In this document: one piece after another, positions 50,269-62,108 of the stretch
Numbering within the stretch: the stretch's first letter is position 1
Layout of the letters: every line of letters starts with the position of its first letter
Assembly: GCA_010015585.1 (NCBI GenBank)
Contig: ML975150.1
Length of the DNA stretch: 64,000 nucleotides
Source: Eremomyces bilateralis CBS 781.70
Taxonomy: Eukaryota
Strand: one strand, 5' to 3'
The notes under the pieces: generated by a model
The model's database searches: none
Told to the model about the DNA's origin: nothing
What the model saw: the letters and a program-made list of their open reading frames with translations, nothing else
Position numbers and translations under genes: made by a program

Positions 50269-51416
50269 ATGATGGAAGAACTTCACCAATATATTGATCC
50301 GTTCATTGGGATCCTCAAAAGGACTCTCGAATCAATCGACATTCCGAGCGCCATCCAGGCGTACTACATCTACACCTCCCTCGCCGTAAGCCCAACCAAC
50401 TTCTTCAATCCACCCAACACTAACCGTTTCCTCTCCAGATCCTCATCGCAGCCAACATCCCCGCCCTACAAACCCGCTTCTTCGACTACGGCGCCCGCGC
50501 CTCCTCCCATAATCCCACCCACCACGCTTCTCGAAACCCCATAACTCACCTCCTCGACCTCCTCGCCACCTTCTCCGTCCCTCACGCCTATTTCACCCAC
50601 TTCTATCTCCTCTCCACCCTCTCCTCCCTCCTCTGGCTCTTCCAATTCCTCCACCCCACCGCTCCCCTCCTCTTCATCCAATCCCACTCCTCCCCCTCCC
50701 TTTCCTACCCTCTCCCCCCCGTCCCGCTCCTCGGCTCCCTTCTCCTCCTCCTCCAAGGCCTCCGCCGCCTCGCAGAATGCCTCACCTGGCCCGCCTCCCG
50801 CACCTCGCGCATGTGGTTCGCCCACTGGGTGGTCGGCCTGCTATTCTACGCGACCATGGGCGTCGCCGTGTGGGTGCGGGAGCTCGACGCTCTCGCTCAG
50901 GGGTTCCCGCAGACATATCTCAACAACCTCCTACGCGGTGAGCTGGACGTCCGCGCACTGCGAGCGACCGCCGTGGCGCACCCGACCCGCGTCGTCGTCC
51001 CGCTCATCGTGTTTCTTGGAGCGAGCGTCGCGCAACATCTCGCACATCGGCATCTTGCGGGGCTGCGGCGCTCGTCCTTGTCGGTCGGGGTCACTGAGTC
51101 GTCGTACCCCGAACCGGCCTCAGTCCCCAAATCGGCCTCACACTCCTCCCCTCCCCGTCCCACCTACCGTCTCCCCACCCACCCCCTCTTCACCCACACC
51201 CTCACGCCGCACTATCTGTCCGAAGTGCTGATCTACCTCTGCCTGGCGCGCATCACCGCGCGCGACGGGGAGGTTGTCAATCCGGTTGTGATGGCCGGGG
51301 CAGGGTTCGTCGCGGTCAATTTGGGGGTGACGGCGGGGCGGACGGGGCGGTGGTATCGGGAGCGGTTTGGGGAGAGGGTGAAAGGGAGGGCGAGGATGGT
51401 GCCGGGGGTTTGGTGA
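50269..51416 (+). CDS. DFG10: Polyprenol/polyprenal reductase (steroid 5-alpha-reductase family)
   Basis: RFFDYGAR, FSVPHAYFTHFY, LQGLRRLAEC, SRMWFAHWVVGLLFY, HRHLAGL, YRLPTHPLF, PHYLSEVLIY, NLGVTA..T..WY..RF; intron 50386-50438. Confidence 0.9.
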
Positions 51417-52738
51417 GGGGATGCTGGTGATGTTGTGGAACTTTGGAGGAAGTCGAGGGATTTGGATGGGGGTTAGGTGATGAGCGATGATGGCCATGTT
51501 GTTTGGCGACTCCCGTTTTCGGCAGTTGTGATCGATTGCTTCTGGTGGGATGATGTTCCTTCCATGTCATGGGAATCGATGAATTTGGAGACTGGCACGA
51601 GAAAATAATCTTTCGAATTCGTCGGGGAAGCGTCCAGAGAGTATCACTGTACGGATATAGATAAAGGAGAAAGCTCGCAAGAGACATGGAAAAATTTGAT
51701 TGGGACGAGAACCGAAGGAAGCGAGCCATAGCGACGATGATCCGATTGTATAGTGAGGCATGACGAGGACAGAGGAGGATCACGTCTTTTCCGTGCCCTT
51801 TGTCCACGATATTTACTGTTTCATGGACGATGGTAACAGGCCAGATCACGGCTATAGATGGAGCTGAATGTTCGCAAGAGAAGGAAGTTCTTGGGTTCGG
51901 AACAGAGACAATCCAGTCACGACCGAGGGGGGGCATTTGGTTAAATTACCTCTATCCACGGCGATCACTATTATCACGGGCGACGACGTTCCATATCACA
52001 GGCATCCCATGAAGTCAAGAGTCTCAAGATGAAAAAAATTGATTGCATAAAATAACGACCGGCCCTATGCGGTCGATTGCCGCGGATCGCTAAGAAAAGA
52101 GGTCATGAGATCATCAATACTTACCTTTACCTTTTGGTCTTGGAGAATCCCCCTCCGTCTTCCTGGGCTATCATTGCCCATAACCTGGAATACCTTCTAA
52201 GTAGCCCACCAGCCTCAAGTAGTCCTCAATACCGAGGGTCTCGTTCTATTTTCTTTCGGCCAGGTATGACGGGAGGCTCATTCCCCATTGCCCGGCGTGG
52301 AGGCCTGGCGCTGCTCTATCATGTTGCGATGCCTGGTCCCCAAGCTGCTGTGCAACCCTCACAGCCTCTCCCACCAAAAATCCCAATCGCTCACCGTACC
52401 ATACGATTTCCCGAGTTATGCCCCGCGCCTGTTACTAGGTCAGAGACCGCGCTGTATCACGCCTTCCGTATCAGCGCCGTATTCGCGAGCGTCTGGTGGA
52501 TCTGGATTAGGATGGTGTTGATCTCGGTGCGGAGTCCGAAGAGCCCCTGGTGGTTCTGGACGGCACCCCTCATGGACGGGGTGAACGTCTCGATCAGGAT
52601 GTCCTAGGCGCGGCGCGTCAAAGGCGGATGTTTCTAGTCCCGAACGTGAATGGGCACCAGGCAGTGGTATCGCACCCCCAATCTCGTATATTCGCGCTCC
52701 ATAGTCTCGACTACGGTGGGGACCTCCTTGAGCTACTT

Positions 52739-53008
52739 CTACATATGTTGCTGCATGACCTGGAATAAGTGCTCGGTGAAATTAGGAAGGTCCTTACACG
52801 CCTGGCAGATTTCCTCCTGGTGTTCCGGGATGATGTGAGGGCAGGTTAACGGTTGCTCTGCGCTCTCATTTTGGCATTGGTAAGAGCACGGGCGAGCACG
52901 CCGTTGGCCTGGGCGGTTTGGGTCCGGCTCGGTACATCCCACGTTGATAGGCTGAATATCCCACACGTTGTGTTCGCAGAGGTAGACTCTCTGAACGAAT
53001 CGACACAT
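52739..53008 (-). CDS. Small Cys-rich hypothetical protein (MCxxxxxxYxCxH...CxxC); possibly the 5' part of a longer pseudogene
   Basis: ATG start and fungal MC...CxH pattern; coding-like sequence continues past TAG stops at 52739 and 52733 toward ~52455. Confidence 0.45.
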   Translation of the reverse strand: MCRFVQRVYLCEHNVWDIQPINVGCTEPDPNRPGQRRARPCSYQCQNESAEQPLTCPHIIPEHQEEICQACKDLPNFTEHLFQVMQQHM

Positions 53009-53655
53009 TTGAAAGAGTGGACGGTTCGGATCGGGTATGATATCAAGTTTCGATGCTGCGGACTGGTTTTCTCGTGGGATGAGTCTTCGTAGGTGTCAGA
53101 AGTCCTACTTCTTGGTTAGCTGTGTCGTGGAAGCAATAAATACCTGGTTATTGTGTATCGTGATCTCAAACGGTGCCCTTCTCCGAAGCCTTCGCTGTGA
53201 CTTGTATTGGTCTCCGTTGAAAGATGAAGGGGGAGTGGGACGAGGTGCGGATCGGCATTATTTATGTAACCGCCTTCGAAACCAAAGGATGAAAGGGCTT
53301 TGCTGGCGATATTGTCCATTGTGAGCAAAACAATTGGATTGATGAACCGGGTCCGGAAATAGATCCTTTGTCCTGAGGTTATGTTTAGATACAGGGTTGA
53401 AAGAAGTGGCGGCGGAAATAGGACAATGCAACAAAGTATCAGTAGCAATATTAATTGCTAAATGGGGTAGTTATCTCTTATCGAATCACTATCAACTGCC
53501 TTCATCTTACAAGTTTGCGCATAAATCTTCTCACAACTGACCGACGTCCGCTCTTTGCACCTTTCCCATCTACCACCTCAGCCACTTCCTCTGTCCCGCT
53601 CATGTCCGCGAGCTCTTCTATCAAAAAGTTAGTTGATGTTATTCTAGACTGATGA

Positions 53656-55663
53656 TTAGAGAGTACCTTTCGAAAGATCAAGGGAGAACAGTCGATCCTC
53701 AAACTGCTGACATTGATCACAGGATGGCCCAAGAAGAACCTGGAAGCCAGTAAGAGCACGTGTGTACATGGTTTTAGCCTTATGTACCTCCCCTTTGGTT
53801 GCAAAGATATCGCCGAGATTTGATATAGTGTTGAGGGCCGGTCGGTATCTCGGAAGGGTCTCAGAGTCCAGTGCCTCCTCGTATCCTTGCAGCGCTCGTA
53901 TATACATCTCTTCTGCCTCCTTCAGTTTCCCTTGGTTGGCGTAGAGTGTGCCCAGGCAGTTGACCGTGCCGAGCGTCGATGTGTGCTTCGGTCCAAGTAT
54001 CTCCTCGTATCCTTGCAGCGCTCGCATGTACATCTCTTATGCCTCCTTCAGTTTCCCTTGGTCAGAGTAGAGGAGACCCAGGTTGTGAACCGTGTCGAGC
54101 GTCGAAGTGTGATTCGGTCCAAGTGCCTCCTCCTTTCCTTGCAGCGCTCGCATGTACATCTCTTCTGCCTCCTTCAGTTTCCCTTGGTCAGAGTAGAGGA
54201 GACCCAGGTTGTTGACCGTGTCGAGCGTTGTCGGATGCTTCGGTCCAAGTGCCTCCTCCTTTCCTTGCAGCGCTCGCATGTACATCTCTTCTGCCTCCTT
54301 TAGTTTCCCTTGGTCTTTGTAGAGGTCGCCCAGGTTGTGTAATGCCCACTCCATCCCGCCATTTGCGCCTTTCAGTATCGATGAACAACCAGCCGCATGC
54401 GCCAGAAGCCGTCGCTGCGTAATCCACCACCGATCACTTAAAGTTCCAGGAACATGTAACCCAATACATTTCAGCGCGAGTCTCACCATCTCCTTACTCC
54501 CGTCTGAATTTAGAACATGCCGAGTGCACGAGTGTACACAGCTGTGCATACTGTACCCTTGAGATTCTACCATCTCCTGCGAAGTCGAGTTTGCTTCTAC
54601 AAGCCTGTAGCTACATAATACCCTAACTGCATCGTCGAAATTTACTCGGTCTTCGGTAAGTTCGCGAACCCACTCCAGATCATCTAAATCGCCATGGCAA
54701 AGAAGTTCGAACCAGAGGTCCTGATTGTCGAAGTACGCCCACAGTTGTAGGAGCTGGGCCGAAAGTCGGTTCTGTTCTTGAACATGAAGGAGATGTCCCA
54801 TGTAGAGTAGAGTGTTCGATCTTCGTATGAGCTGAGCTCCGGACTTCTCTTTTGCAGTTTTAACCATGATTCCTGATATAGACGAAGATACTCCGCCAAA
54901 CTAGTTGTCACTTGTTCAAGATATGCCCCAGCTGTTGCAAGTGCAAGAGGGAGTCCGTCTAACTCGTTTACAAGCTTGACTGCGTCGGGATCTGTCGGTC
55001 CAGTTAGAATAATTCCTATAATTTAAGATATTTCCTACCTCTCATCAGGCCTTCGCGTCTTGATGTATCCGATAGTATTTCAAGACAATCCTGCATGTTC
55101 TCCAGCTTTCGGACTGGGATACGATGGCCAATAGTGACCCGAGACGACCGCGTAGTAATAATAACCGATCCTTGATGTGATTCAGGCAGGTACTTCCGGA
55201 TTTCCAATGTCGCGACATCCGTGTTGCCTGCTACTTTTGGATTGTCGTAGTTGTCATAGACGACCAGCCATCTTGTGTTCTTGGGGAGACTCAACCAACC
55301 TTTGACAGCCTCTACCACCTCCCCCAAGCTCCCTTTCAAATCTACACTACTAAGACGTTGAGCAGACGGATGTTCTTGTAGTATCCTCCTAGCTGCATTG
55401 CCAAAGCTCTGCCTAAGAGAATCCTCATCTTTGGCGTTAAGCCAGAGCATTGCCGAGTAGCTATCTCGATAATGCTTCGTATATGCAACCGTCAGTTGTG
55501 TCTTACCGATTCCTCCCAAACCGTAAAGGACAGCGATGCGACGGCTACCATCGCTACTAAGTGTTTGGTGTATTTTTTTAAGCTGTCTCTCGCGCAACAA
55601 AGTGCTCCGTCTCCGAGGCATCAGCGAGACTAAAGCCGGCGGAAAAGTCTTCGAAATGGTCGC
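53656..55663 (-). pseudogene. Fungal NLR-like gene: NB-ARC + TPR (kinesin light chain-like) repeats; disabled
   Basis: Walker A GLGGIGKT, Walker B WLVVYDNYD, IITTR, GLPLAL, YSMHSCVH, TPR repeats. Frameshifts at ~55582 and ~54787; in-frame TAA at 54037-54039 (GAA in sister repeats); no recognisable N-terminal effector domain. Confidence 0.88.
53870..54345. repeat. 126-bp high-identity tandem repeats encoding 42-aa TPR units (~4 copies)
   Basis: GCCTCCTTYAGTTTCCCTTGGT recurs at 53915, 54041, 54167 and 54293 (spacing 126). Confidence 0.92.
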
Positions 55664-56474
55664 CTAGTCCCGTCAACGCTATCCTAGTCCCTATATTCAC
55701 TGAAGTAATTAGAAAAGAGCTAGGAGGATGCCCTACCCGTCGATGCTTTTTCAATCTCGAAATGGAGCCGCCGGAATGCATTGTCTCCCCCTTTGTCAGG
55801 CTCAGTCCCCCGCTGCCACTGCGCTTCAATAGACGCATTCCTTTTGCTTGAGCCGGGAAATGTTCCACTGAATGAGTTTCTTGATGGAATCAAACATCGT
55901 TTCTTGTCAAGAAGCAAATGAAACATGATTGGGACGTGGTCGTAGACTGGGAAATGCGGATAAGGCTGGGGAGGGCGGTGCATGGTTGACGCTAGCCTTG
56001 TGACAAACTCGCTCTAATACTGAATCACTGAACGCGTGAAGGTTATTCTGGTTCACGTGATGAAATGTGTAAGGCTCCGATTTGGAAAACATTTAATAGA
56101 GAGCGGCTGGAACAATACTGCGGAGTACACCGTACCGATCACTAAGAATCGATGCATACGGACTACGGAGTATGGTTTACGCCAAGATCTGCAAGGAGGC
56201 TGCGCTCTGAAAGTTCTCGGAGCTGCTAAAACCGGAAGCAAATTTCGATAGTTTCTGTGTGACTGTATCAGTGTATCTTGTTCACGCGAATTGATAAATG
56301 ACAATATTGCCAGACATTTTGATGGTTTTTGCTATGATTTTGGTGAGGGTGACTTCTATCGGACCAGCAGTTGGGTAGAATTCAGGGGGTGGCTAGATGT
56401 ACAGTCGTGCACCAGCACCAGCACGATGTAACCATGCCAGCGAGGTATTCGTTGCATGATTGCTACAGCATATG

Positions 56475-56520
56475 GAAACAGATGAAACAGATGAAACAGA
56501 TGAAACAGATGAAACAGATG
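56475..56520. repeat. Minisatellite (GAAACAGAT) x5
   Basis: Five perfect 9-bp units. Confidence 0.95.
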
Positions 56521-57351
56521 GGCTTCGAGCAATAATGGTTTCGGGATCTTATATTGGCGGATGTGGCAGAGGAGCAAAGCAGCGATAACTGATAACAATA
56601 CAGTGGTAGTGAAGGCTAGAGATAGCGAGGAAGGTCTCATAACTTACCTGTAGAAATGGTGGAAGGCCATGCCAACGAACGATGCCCCCAAAATCAGTTG
56701 CAATCCATATACCCCAATACCCCAATCCAATCAACAGGAAAGTTTGGCTAAGTGACGTAGCGGTTATCACCGCGCGTTTCACTGTCTCTCCGGTCACTCT
56801 TGGAAAACCGGAAGTACTGTTGGAAAACTTCGTAAACAGGAGAACAATGAGTCTGGTTGGCCAAACCGCCGGTCTGGGTACGGCATGCGGGTCAAAGTGC
56901 CTTCGTAGCTGGTCTATGGTCTCTTTGGTGACCCAGCTTGGGATTGGGAGATTCCCCTATACTTGTATGAGGCTTGTCGATGATTGTTACATACATGAGG
57001 GTTTCTCAGGGCACAGCGTGCCCTATATTCTTTGTCTTTTTGATAAATGTTGTATCTTCTTCTAAGACTTTTTTCAATTGGTACCTCCATAAGAACATGA
57101 GAGTTCAACTCCGGCTAGGGGCATTATTTTTTTCCTATTATTTCACAGTAACTAGTAGGAAGTAAACTAAAACAGTAAACAGGGTAATAAAGACGCCTCA
57201 CAATTCATTAACATATATCAATAACATTAGGTCTATAGATTCTTTGGTTCATTCACATCTATTTTGGATATACGCCCTATTATCTAAAAGCCGTGAGTAG
57301 ATCATTAACTATCAGATCTAGACTTCTATCTAGTCAAACTCTAAGAGCCAG

Positions 57352-59045
57352 TTATTCTTCTTCCCGTCGCGGTTGGATAGTCACCTTCCGATTCTCCGTA
57401 TTCTCGCTACTTAATGGCACAGGAAGCGCATCCATCGATTCGTCCCTGCCATGGAACGGCGATTGAAACGGCGAGTTTAATGGCCCATTTCCGGCATGCT
57501 CAATGGACTCGGATACCTTGGTCGGATCATTGCTGCTCGATGACTCTCCAATCGAGTCCTCGTCTGTGCTCGTGCTCAATGGAGACTTCAAGACTCCAGC
57601 ATAGCTTTTCGGGCCCGAGAGCGCTCGGAACGTGGCCGCTGTGGACGGGTTCGTGAATCGATCAAGAGCCGCGAAGACGTGAGGAAACACGACGTCCTGA
57701 ACATCCGAGCCCCATAGGAAGTCCAAATGTTCGTAATGCGGGACCCGGGTGGCGGTGGTGTGTTTCGGCAATTCCTTCATCATGACCGAAATGTCGACCA
57801 AGCTGTCGGTTCCTCCGTATAGCAACACGATTGGAGTCTTGATGTTCCTGGTGGGGAATTTGGCGACCTTGTAGTACTGCGTGGAGTTGCTCAGGGTGAA
57901 CGGCGACTGGATTTCATCGTCGTACATTTGGAACTTGCCGTTCCGAATGATCTGGAACCAATGCACCACCGACTTGGTGCTGGTGAAGGAATAGAGGTGT
58001 GGGTACGCCGCTAGCTTCTGGTGCGTGCTGATGTTCTTCCCGGTCCAGCCGAAGAGGAACTTGAGGGAAATGTCGATGGCGCGGACGAAGATCGGAGGAT
58101 ATAGTAGCGCCTGCCACATGGTGGTCGAGCCCAAAATGGCGCGGCGTCCGAATAAGAGGAACAAGACGTCGGGCGACGCTTTCACGAAGGAATCAACAAT
58201 TCCCGCGGTAAGCCCCGGGGGAGACATCGCGGGTGCGAGGGCAATGAACACGGATACTTTACCGTTGAGGTCCGGGTGAATCGACAAGGTCGCAAACGCT
58301 TGCGCCGTCCCCTGCGAGAATCCGATATATGCGAGCTTTTCATGCCCCGTCGTCTGGAGAATGTAGTTGATGCTGTCGGGGATGTCGAAGAACGCGAATT
58401 GATCGATAGAGAACGACCAGAACCGGGGATCGGTTGGGGGGAGGCGGATGTTCTTCTTCGAATACTTGTTTCCGCGGTTGTTCCCTAGCTATAGGCCATT
58501 GAGCGCACGTCATGCCGTAGATGAATTCGAGAACTTACCCAAACGTCATATCCCTGCTCCACCAAAAGGAACGGGAGACATCGCTCGCGGTCTGTAAGGC
58601 AGATCCACACCTCGCTATTCATAAGGAGGCCGTGATGCAGGTACACGACCTTCTTCCGCACGCTCCCGGGACCGCTATTGACAGCGACATCTTCTTCCCC
58701 CCGTTTCCAACCAAGCCTGTGAAGGCCGAGCAGATATCCATCTCCGGTCTGAACGACATGCTCTTCCGCGTAATAGCCAAAATACTCGCAGAGCTCCACG
58801 AAGTCCGCGGCCTGGGCGATGGAGTTGACCACAGCCTTCTTTCGATTTCTCGAGCGCAGGCTCTGCTGCGATGATAAGGAATTGAACAATCTCCTCGAGA
58901 GCTGGTATCCGAGGGAGATGATCGGTTTCGGGAGGGCGAGAGTGATGATCCGGATGAACCCTTCGAGGGCGACGAGAAGGATAGATATGAGGAGGGATAG
59001 ATACTCTATGGGGTAGAGACGGCCTATGAACGGTACACGCGCCAT
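57352..59045 (-). CDS. Tgl1/Yeh-like sterol ester/triglyceride lipase (alpha/beta hydrolase)
   Basis: EEHVVQTGDGYLLGLHRL, LHHGLLMNSEVW, GYDVW|LGNNRGNKYS, YIGFSQG (catalytic Ser), GGTDSLVD, YEHLDFLWG; intron 58538-58489. Confidence 0.92.
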
Positions 59046-59383
59046 TCTATCGGCCGGAAGTCTAGTTGGTCAGCCAATACTCTGAACATTGGGAGATAAC
59101 AGTAGGATCATGGTTGGCTTACAGATCGTTTGGGACCGCTCAGAGGGTAACCAAGGAATCATGGGTTGATTATGAGTAGGAGCCGTCCAATACAACGCTC
59201 TACAAGAAATCGCAAATTAATGGCATCGACATGGAGATTGTATCCTACAGATTCGTAGACAGCGAAGAACAATGAATTATTTATATTGTTCATGAGTAGA
59301 ACAATAGCATCCCCTGACCAACTCTCAGCAGACCAACGTCATTGGATCGACAAAGGTGGCATGTGAAAGGATGTTACATTACC

Positions 59384-59394
59384 TGCCTTAGGCA
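59384..59394. promoter_or_regulatory. TGCCTNAGGCA palindrome in lipase/PET191 divergent promoter
   Basis: TGCCTTAGGCA followed by half-site TAAGGC 59396-59401. Confidence 0.6.
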
Positions 59395-59612
59395 ATAAGG
59401 CCAATATCCAAACCTTTCGACATGGACATGAACGGGATCTGCCTCCAGCGCAATTTGAGATGGAATCCTACCATTTCACGCCACTCCAATCCTTTCTATC
59501 ATCACCATCCGACGTCAGTCTACCTGGGAAAAGAAAAAGAGACAGATTTGCTTGGCTCTAGAAGAGTTAGAAAGAGCAAAGTCTGCAATGGCCCAGTAGC
59601 GATTGATACATC

Positions 59613-60015
59613 ATGCCGCAATCCTGCACCGACATCCGTCCGTCCCGTGTCCCTCGGACGCAACTCCGCTAACATCACGATAGGCGCTGCCCTCGCCGCC
59701 TGCCTGTCCTCCTCCCCCTGCGTCCTCGAAGGCAACAAGCCCGGCGACTGCCTCCGCCCGCCGCTGTGCGACGACCTCCCGACGCAATGCCAGCAGTTGA
59801 AGAAGGGCTACGCGCAGTGCAAGCGAGGCATGATCGACATGCGGAAACGGTTCCGAGGAAACAAGCCCGTCGGCTCGGTCGGTGAGGCCAGCGAGGTCGA
59901 GGAGGGGAAGATGCTCTACGCGGGCCGGGGGATCGGTGGCGCGACATACGCGTCGGAAGGGAAGACGGGGAGCGGGGAGTCAAGTCAGTCGGGATATGAT
60001 AAGAGTGGTCGATGA
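59613..60015 (+). CDS. PET191: Cytochrome c oxidase assembly factor Pet191/COA5 (twin CX9C)
   Basis: MPQSCTDIR|AALAACLSSSPCV...PGDCL...LPTQCQQLKKGYAQCKRGMIDMRKRFRGN; 46-nt intron 59638-59683 (GTCCGT...GCTAAC...TAG). Confidence 0.92.
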
Positions 60016-60185
60016 CAGGGTGGAGTGAGATGAATACAATGGCGGACATCCGCAGCTATGGAGTCTTTGGAGTATGAGGTCAATTCAAAGCGTGTTTTGG
60101 AAACCATCAGGCAATGGATCGCGCCGTAATGACTGCTGGACTTGGATTCCTCCAATATCTCCTCTCCTTCCCTTCCCTTCCACGG

Positions 60186-62108
60186 TCAAATGTCGAATCC
60201 CGCAAATCGGGCATACCCCATGTTTCTTTTCCGCTGAACCTTGTCAATATGAATTGTGCGCCGACGCCACAGCTCCGCGATCTTCTTCTTCTGACTGTCA
60301 GACCGTTTGATCCGCTCCGCACGCGTTGTCTCGACCGCCATATCGCTCGCCGTGTCCCATCGCGCTGGGTCTCCCTGCAGCTCGTCCAGTCCATCGTTGC
60401 CTGACCTGCACACGAGACTCGATCCTTCGAGCGCGACATGCCCCGCCGATGGAACGAGCCCGTCGAGCCCCCCGTACATGCGGCCTCGCTCAGTTAGGGA
60501 GTGTAGTGACATGGCCCGATCCGCTGTGCGAATGATTGTTCGCTCTGACGTGTCACTAGGGGCCCCCGTCGTGCGACAGGTTCCTGGATCCTCGCTCTCG
60601 CCTTCATCGCTCGCTGACAATCGCCCCGAGCTGCCATTCTGACCGCCCTCCGACCAAGGAAGCGCCCCGTGCATCATCCAGGAATCCTCGGAGTGGTTCG
60701 AGAGGATGACCAGCGCCCGAGCCAGGGACGATTGGGCGGTATACCATGTCTCCGCGAGCGACGTGGATGTGGTCCGCTGGCCTTCCAGAACCCCATGCCC
60801 ACCGCTCCCAGGAACCGCACCGGTCAGATTCCCATCCGCCCGGATTGCCGCTCGAGCCAGCATGGGGGCCATCGACCTGAGTGGCGACATCACCGTGCAG
60901 CTCGAGGCCCGCGCCATAGGACTCCGTTGCGCCGCCCCGTCCAAATAAAGCTCAGGACTTTCAGGTCGGCTAGGTGGACATGCGCCCCTGCCACTGGGGT
61001 GGTGGGTTGGCTGCGGGAAAAGCACATCACTTGCGGTTCGGCTGGATGCCGTACATTGCGTTGAGCGGCTGCGTGGACGTGCCCGCGATCGGCGCACTCG
61101 GCCTTTCTTGCCGACTTTGCCCTTTGCGGATTCCTTCGACCGTGGTGTCCTGGTTCGACGGTTTCCTGGTGAGTGGTCGTGGATGGGTGGGACTCTTTGC
61201 GGAAAGCCCATGGTCAAGGAGGTGCATCGGTGAGCTTCTGGAACCATCCCAACAGCCCCAAACTGTGAATAAGCATACTGGTCGGAGGCCGCGCGTTTCT
61301 TGTGCTCGGCTCTCAGCTTTCTCGCCGCCCGGAAACCTGGAATTCTGGATGGTTGACGCTCCCTGGATGCATGATCCGCGATCCCCGAAGGCGGGTCATA
61401 ATCTAGAAGACCTCCTTTTGCTTGGTCCGCTGTGTTCTGTGCCACTCCAGACGAGACGCTGCGAGTCCAGCTGCGAAAGTCCTCGTCGTACGTTCCGTCC
61501 AGTCGGTAGCGATGTCCTGCAGGATTTCTCCTTTTGACGATGACCAAGGTCCTATCCTCGACAGTCTCGCCATCTATCGACACAGCGATTCGAACCGATT
61601 CTGCATGAGTGTCGGGAAGTGGATCCCATCCTCGCATCTCTGCAGCGAGCCACGACGGGCGTATCGTCCGGTCAAAGCCCAGCGCGGGTAAGATCTGGTC
61701 TAAAGAAAAGATGTCCGGGTCCGCCATGACACTTTCGAACCTCCTATCATCGTTGAGTGGGTCGGGTCGTCTGAGGACTGTGTACCGTATCCGTCTGCAG
61801 ATGGCATCCAGTGCATCTTTCCACGGCAGACGCTCTCTCCCGCTTTTAGACTCTGCTAAAACCCAGCCATGCCAAGTCTGCACCCAATGCTGTTCTCGAT
61901 ATGGTTTGCTTGCATCCACGGGCCGGGCGATCCGCCACTTGCCCCAATTGCGGAGCTTCAGGGCGCCAACCAGTACTAAGATCAAAACGAAAACCGTCGC
62001 AAGAATGGCCACTGCTTCCAACCCCCAATCTTTGATGTCCTGTACCGTACCTTTGCCAATATTGTGTGGAATCACGGGGAACGGAGTGTCTCCGTCTATT
62101 GGTGCCAT
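60186..62108 (-). CDS. Hypothetical single-pass membrane protein (640 aa, largely disordered)
   Basis: Long ATG-initiated ORF with N-terminal hydrophobic helix (AVAILATVFVLILVLVGAL) followed by basic residues and WVQTWHGWV; no family recognised. Confidence 0.65.
   Translation of the reverse strand: MAPIDGDTPFPVIPHNIGKGTVQDIKDWGLEAVAILATVFVLILVLVGALKLRNWGKWRIARPVDASKPYREQHWVQTWHGWVLAESKSGRERLPWKDALDAICRRIRYTVLRRPDPLNDDRRFESVMADPDIFSLDQILPALGFDRTIRPSWLAAEMRGWDPLPDTHAESVRIAVSIDGETVEDRTLVIVKRRNPAGHRYRLDGTYDEDFRSWTRSVSSGVAQNTADQAKGGLLDYDPPSGIADHASRERQPSRIPGFRAARKLRAEHKKRAASDQYAYSQFGAVGMVPEAHRCTSLTMGFPQRVPPIHDHSPGNRRTRTPRSKESAKGKVGKKGRVRRSRARPRSRSTQCTASSRTASDVLFPQPTHHPSGRGACPPSRPESPELYLDGAAQRSPMARASSCTVMSPLRSMAPMLARAAIRADGNLTGAVPGSGGHGVLEGQRTTSTSLAETWYTAQSSLARALVILSNHSEDSWMMHGALPWSEGGQNGSSGRLSASDEGESEDPGTCRTTGAPSDTSERTIIRTADRAMSLHSLTERGRMYGGLDGLVPSAGHVALEGSSLVCRSGNDGLDELQGDPARWDTASDMAVETTRAERIKRSDSQKKKIAELWRRRTIHIDKVQRKRNMGYARFAGFDI

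Noticed and set aside
53870..54345. Regularly spaced repeats resembling a CRISPR array
   Set aside because: Contiguous 126-bp coding TPR units with no unique spacers; eukaryotic context
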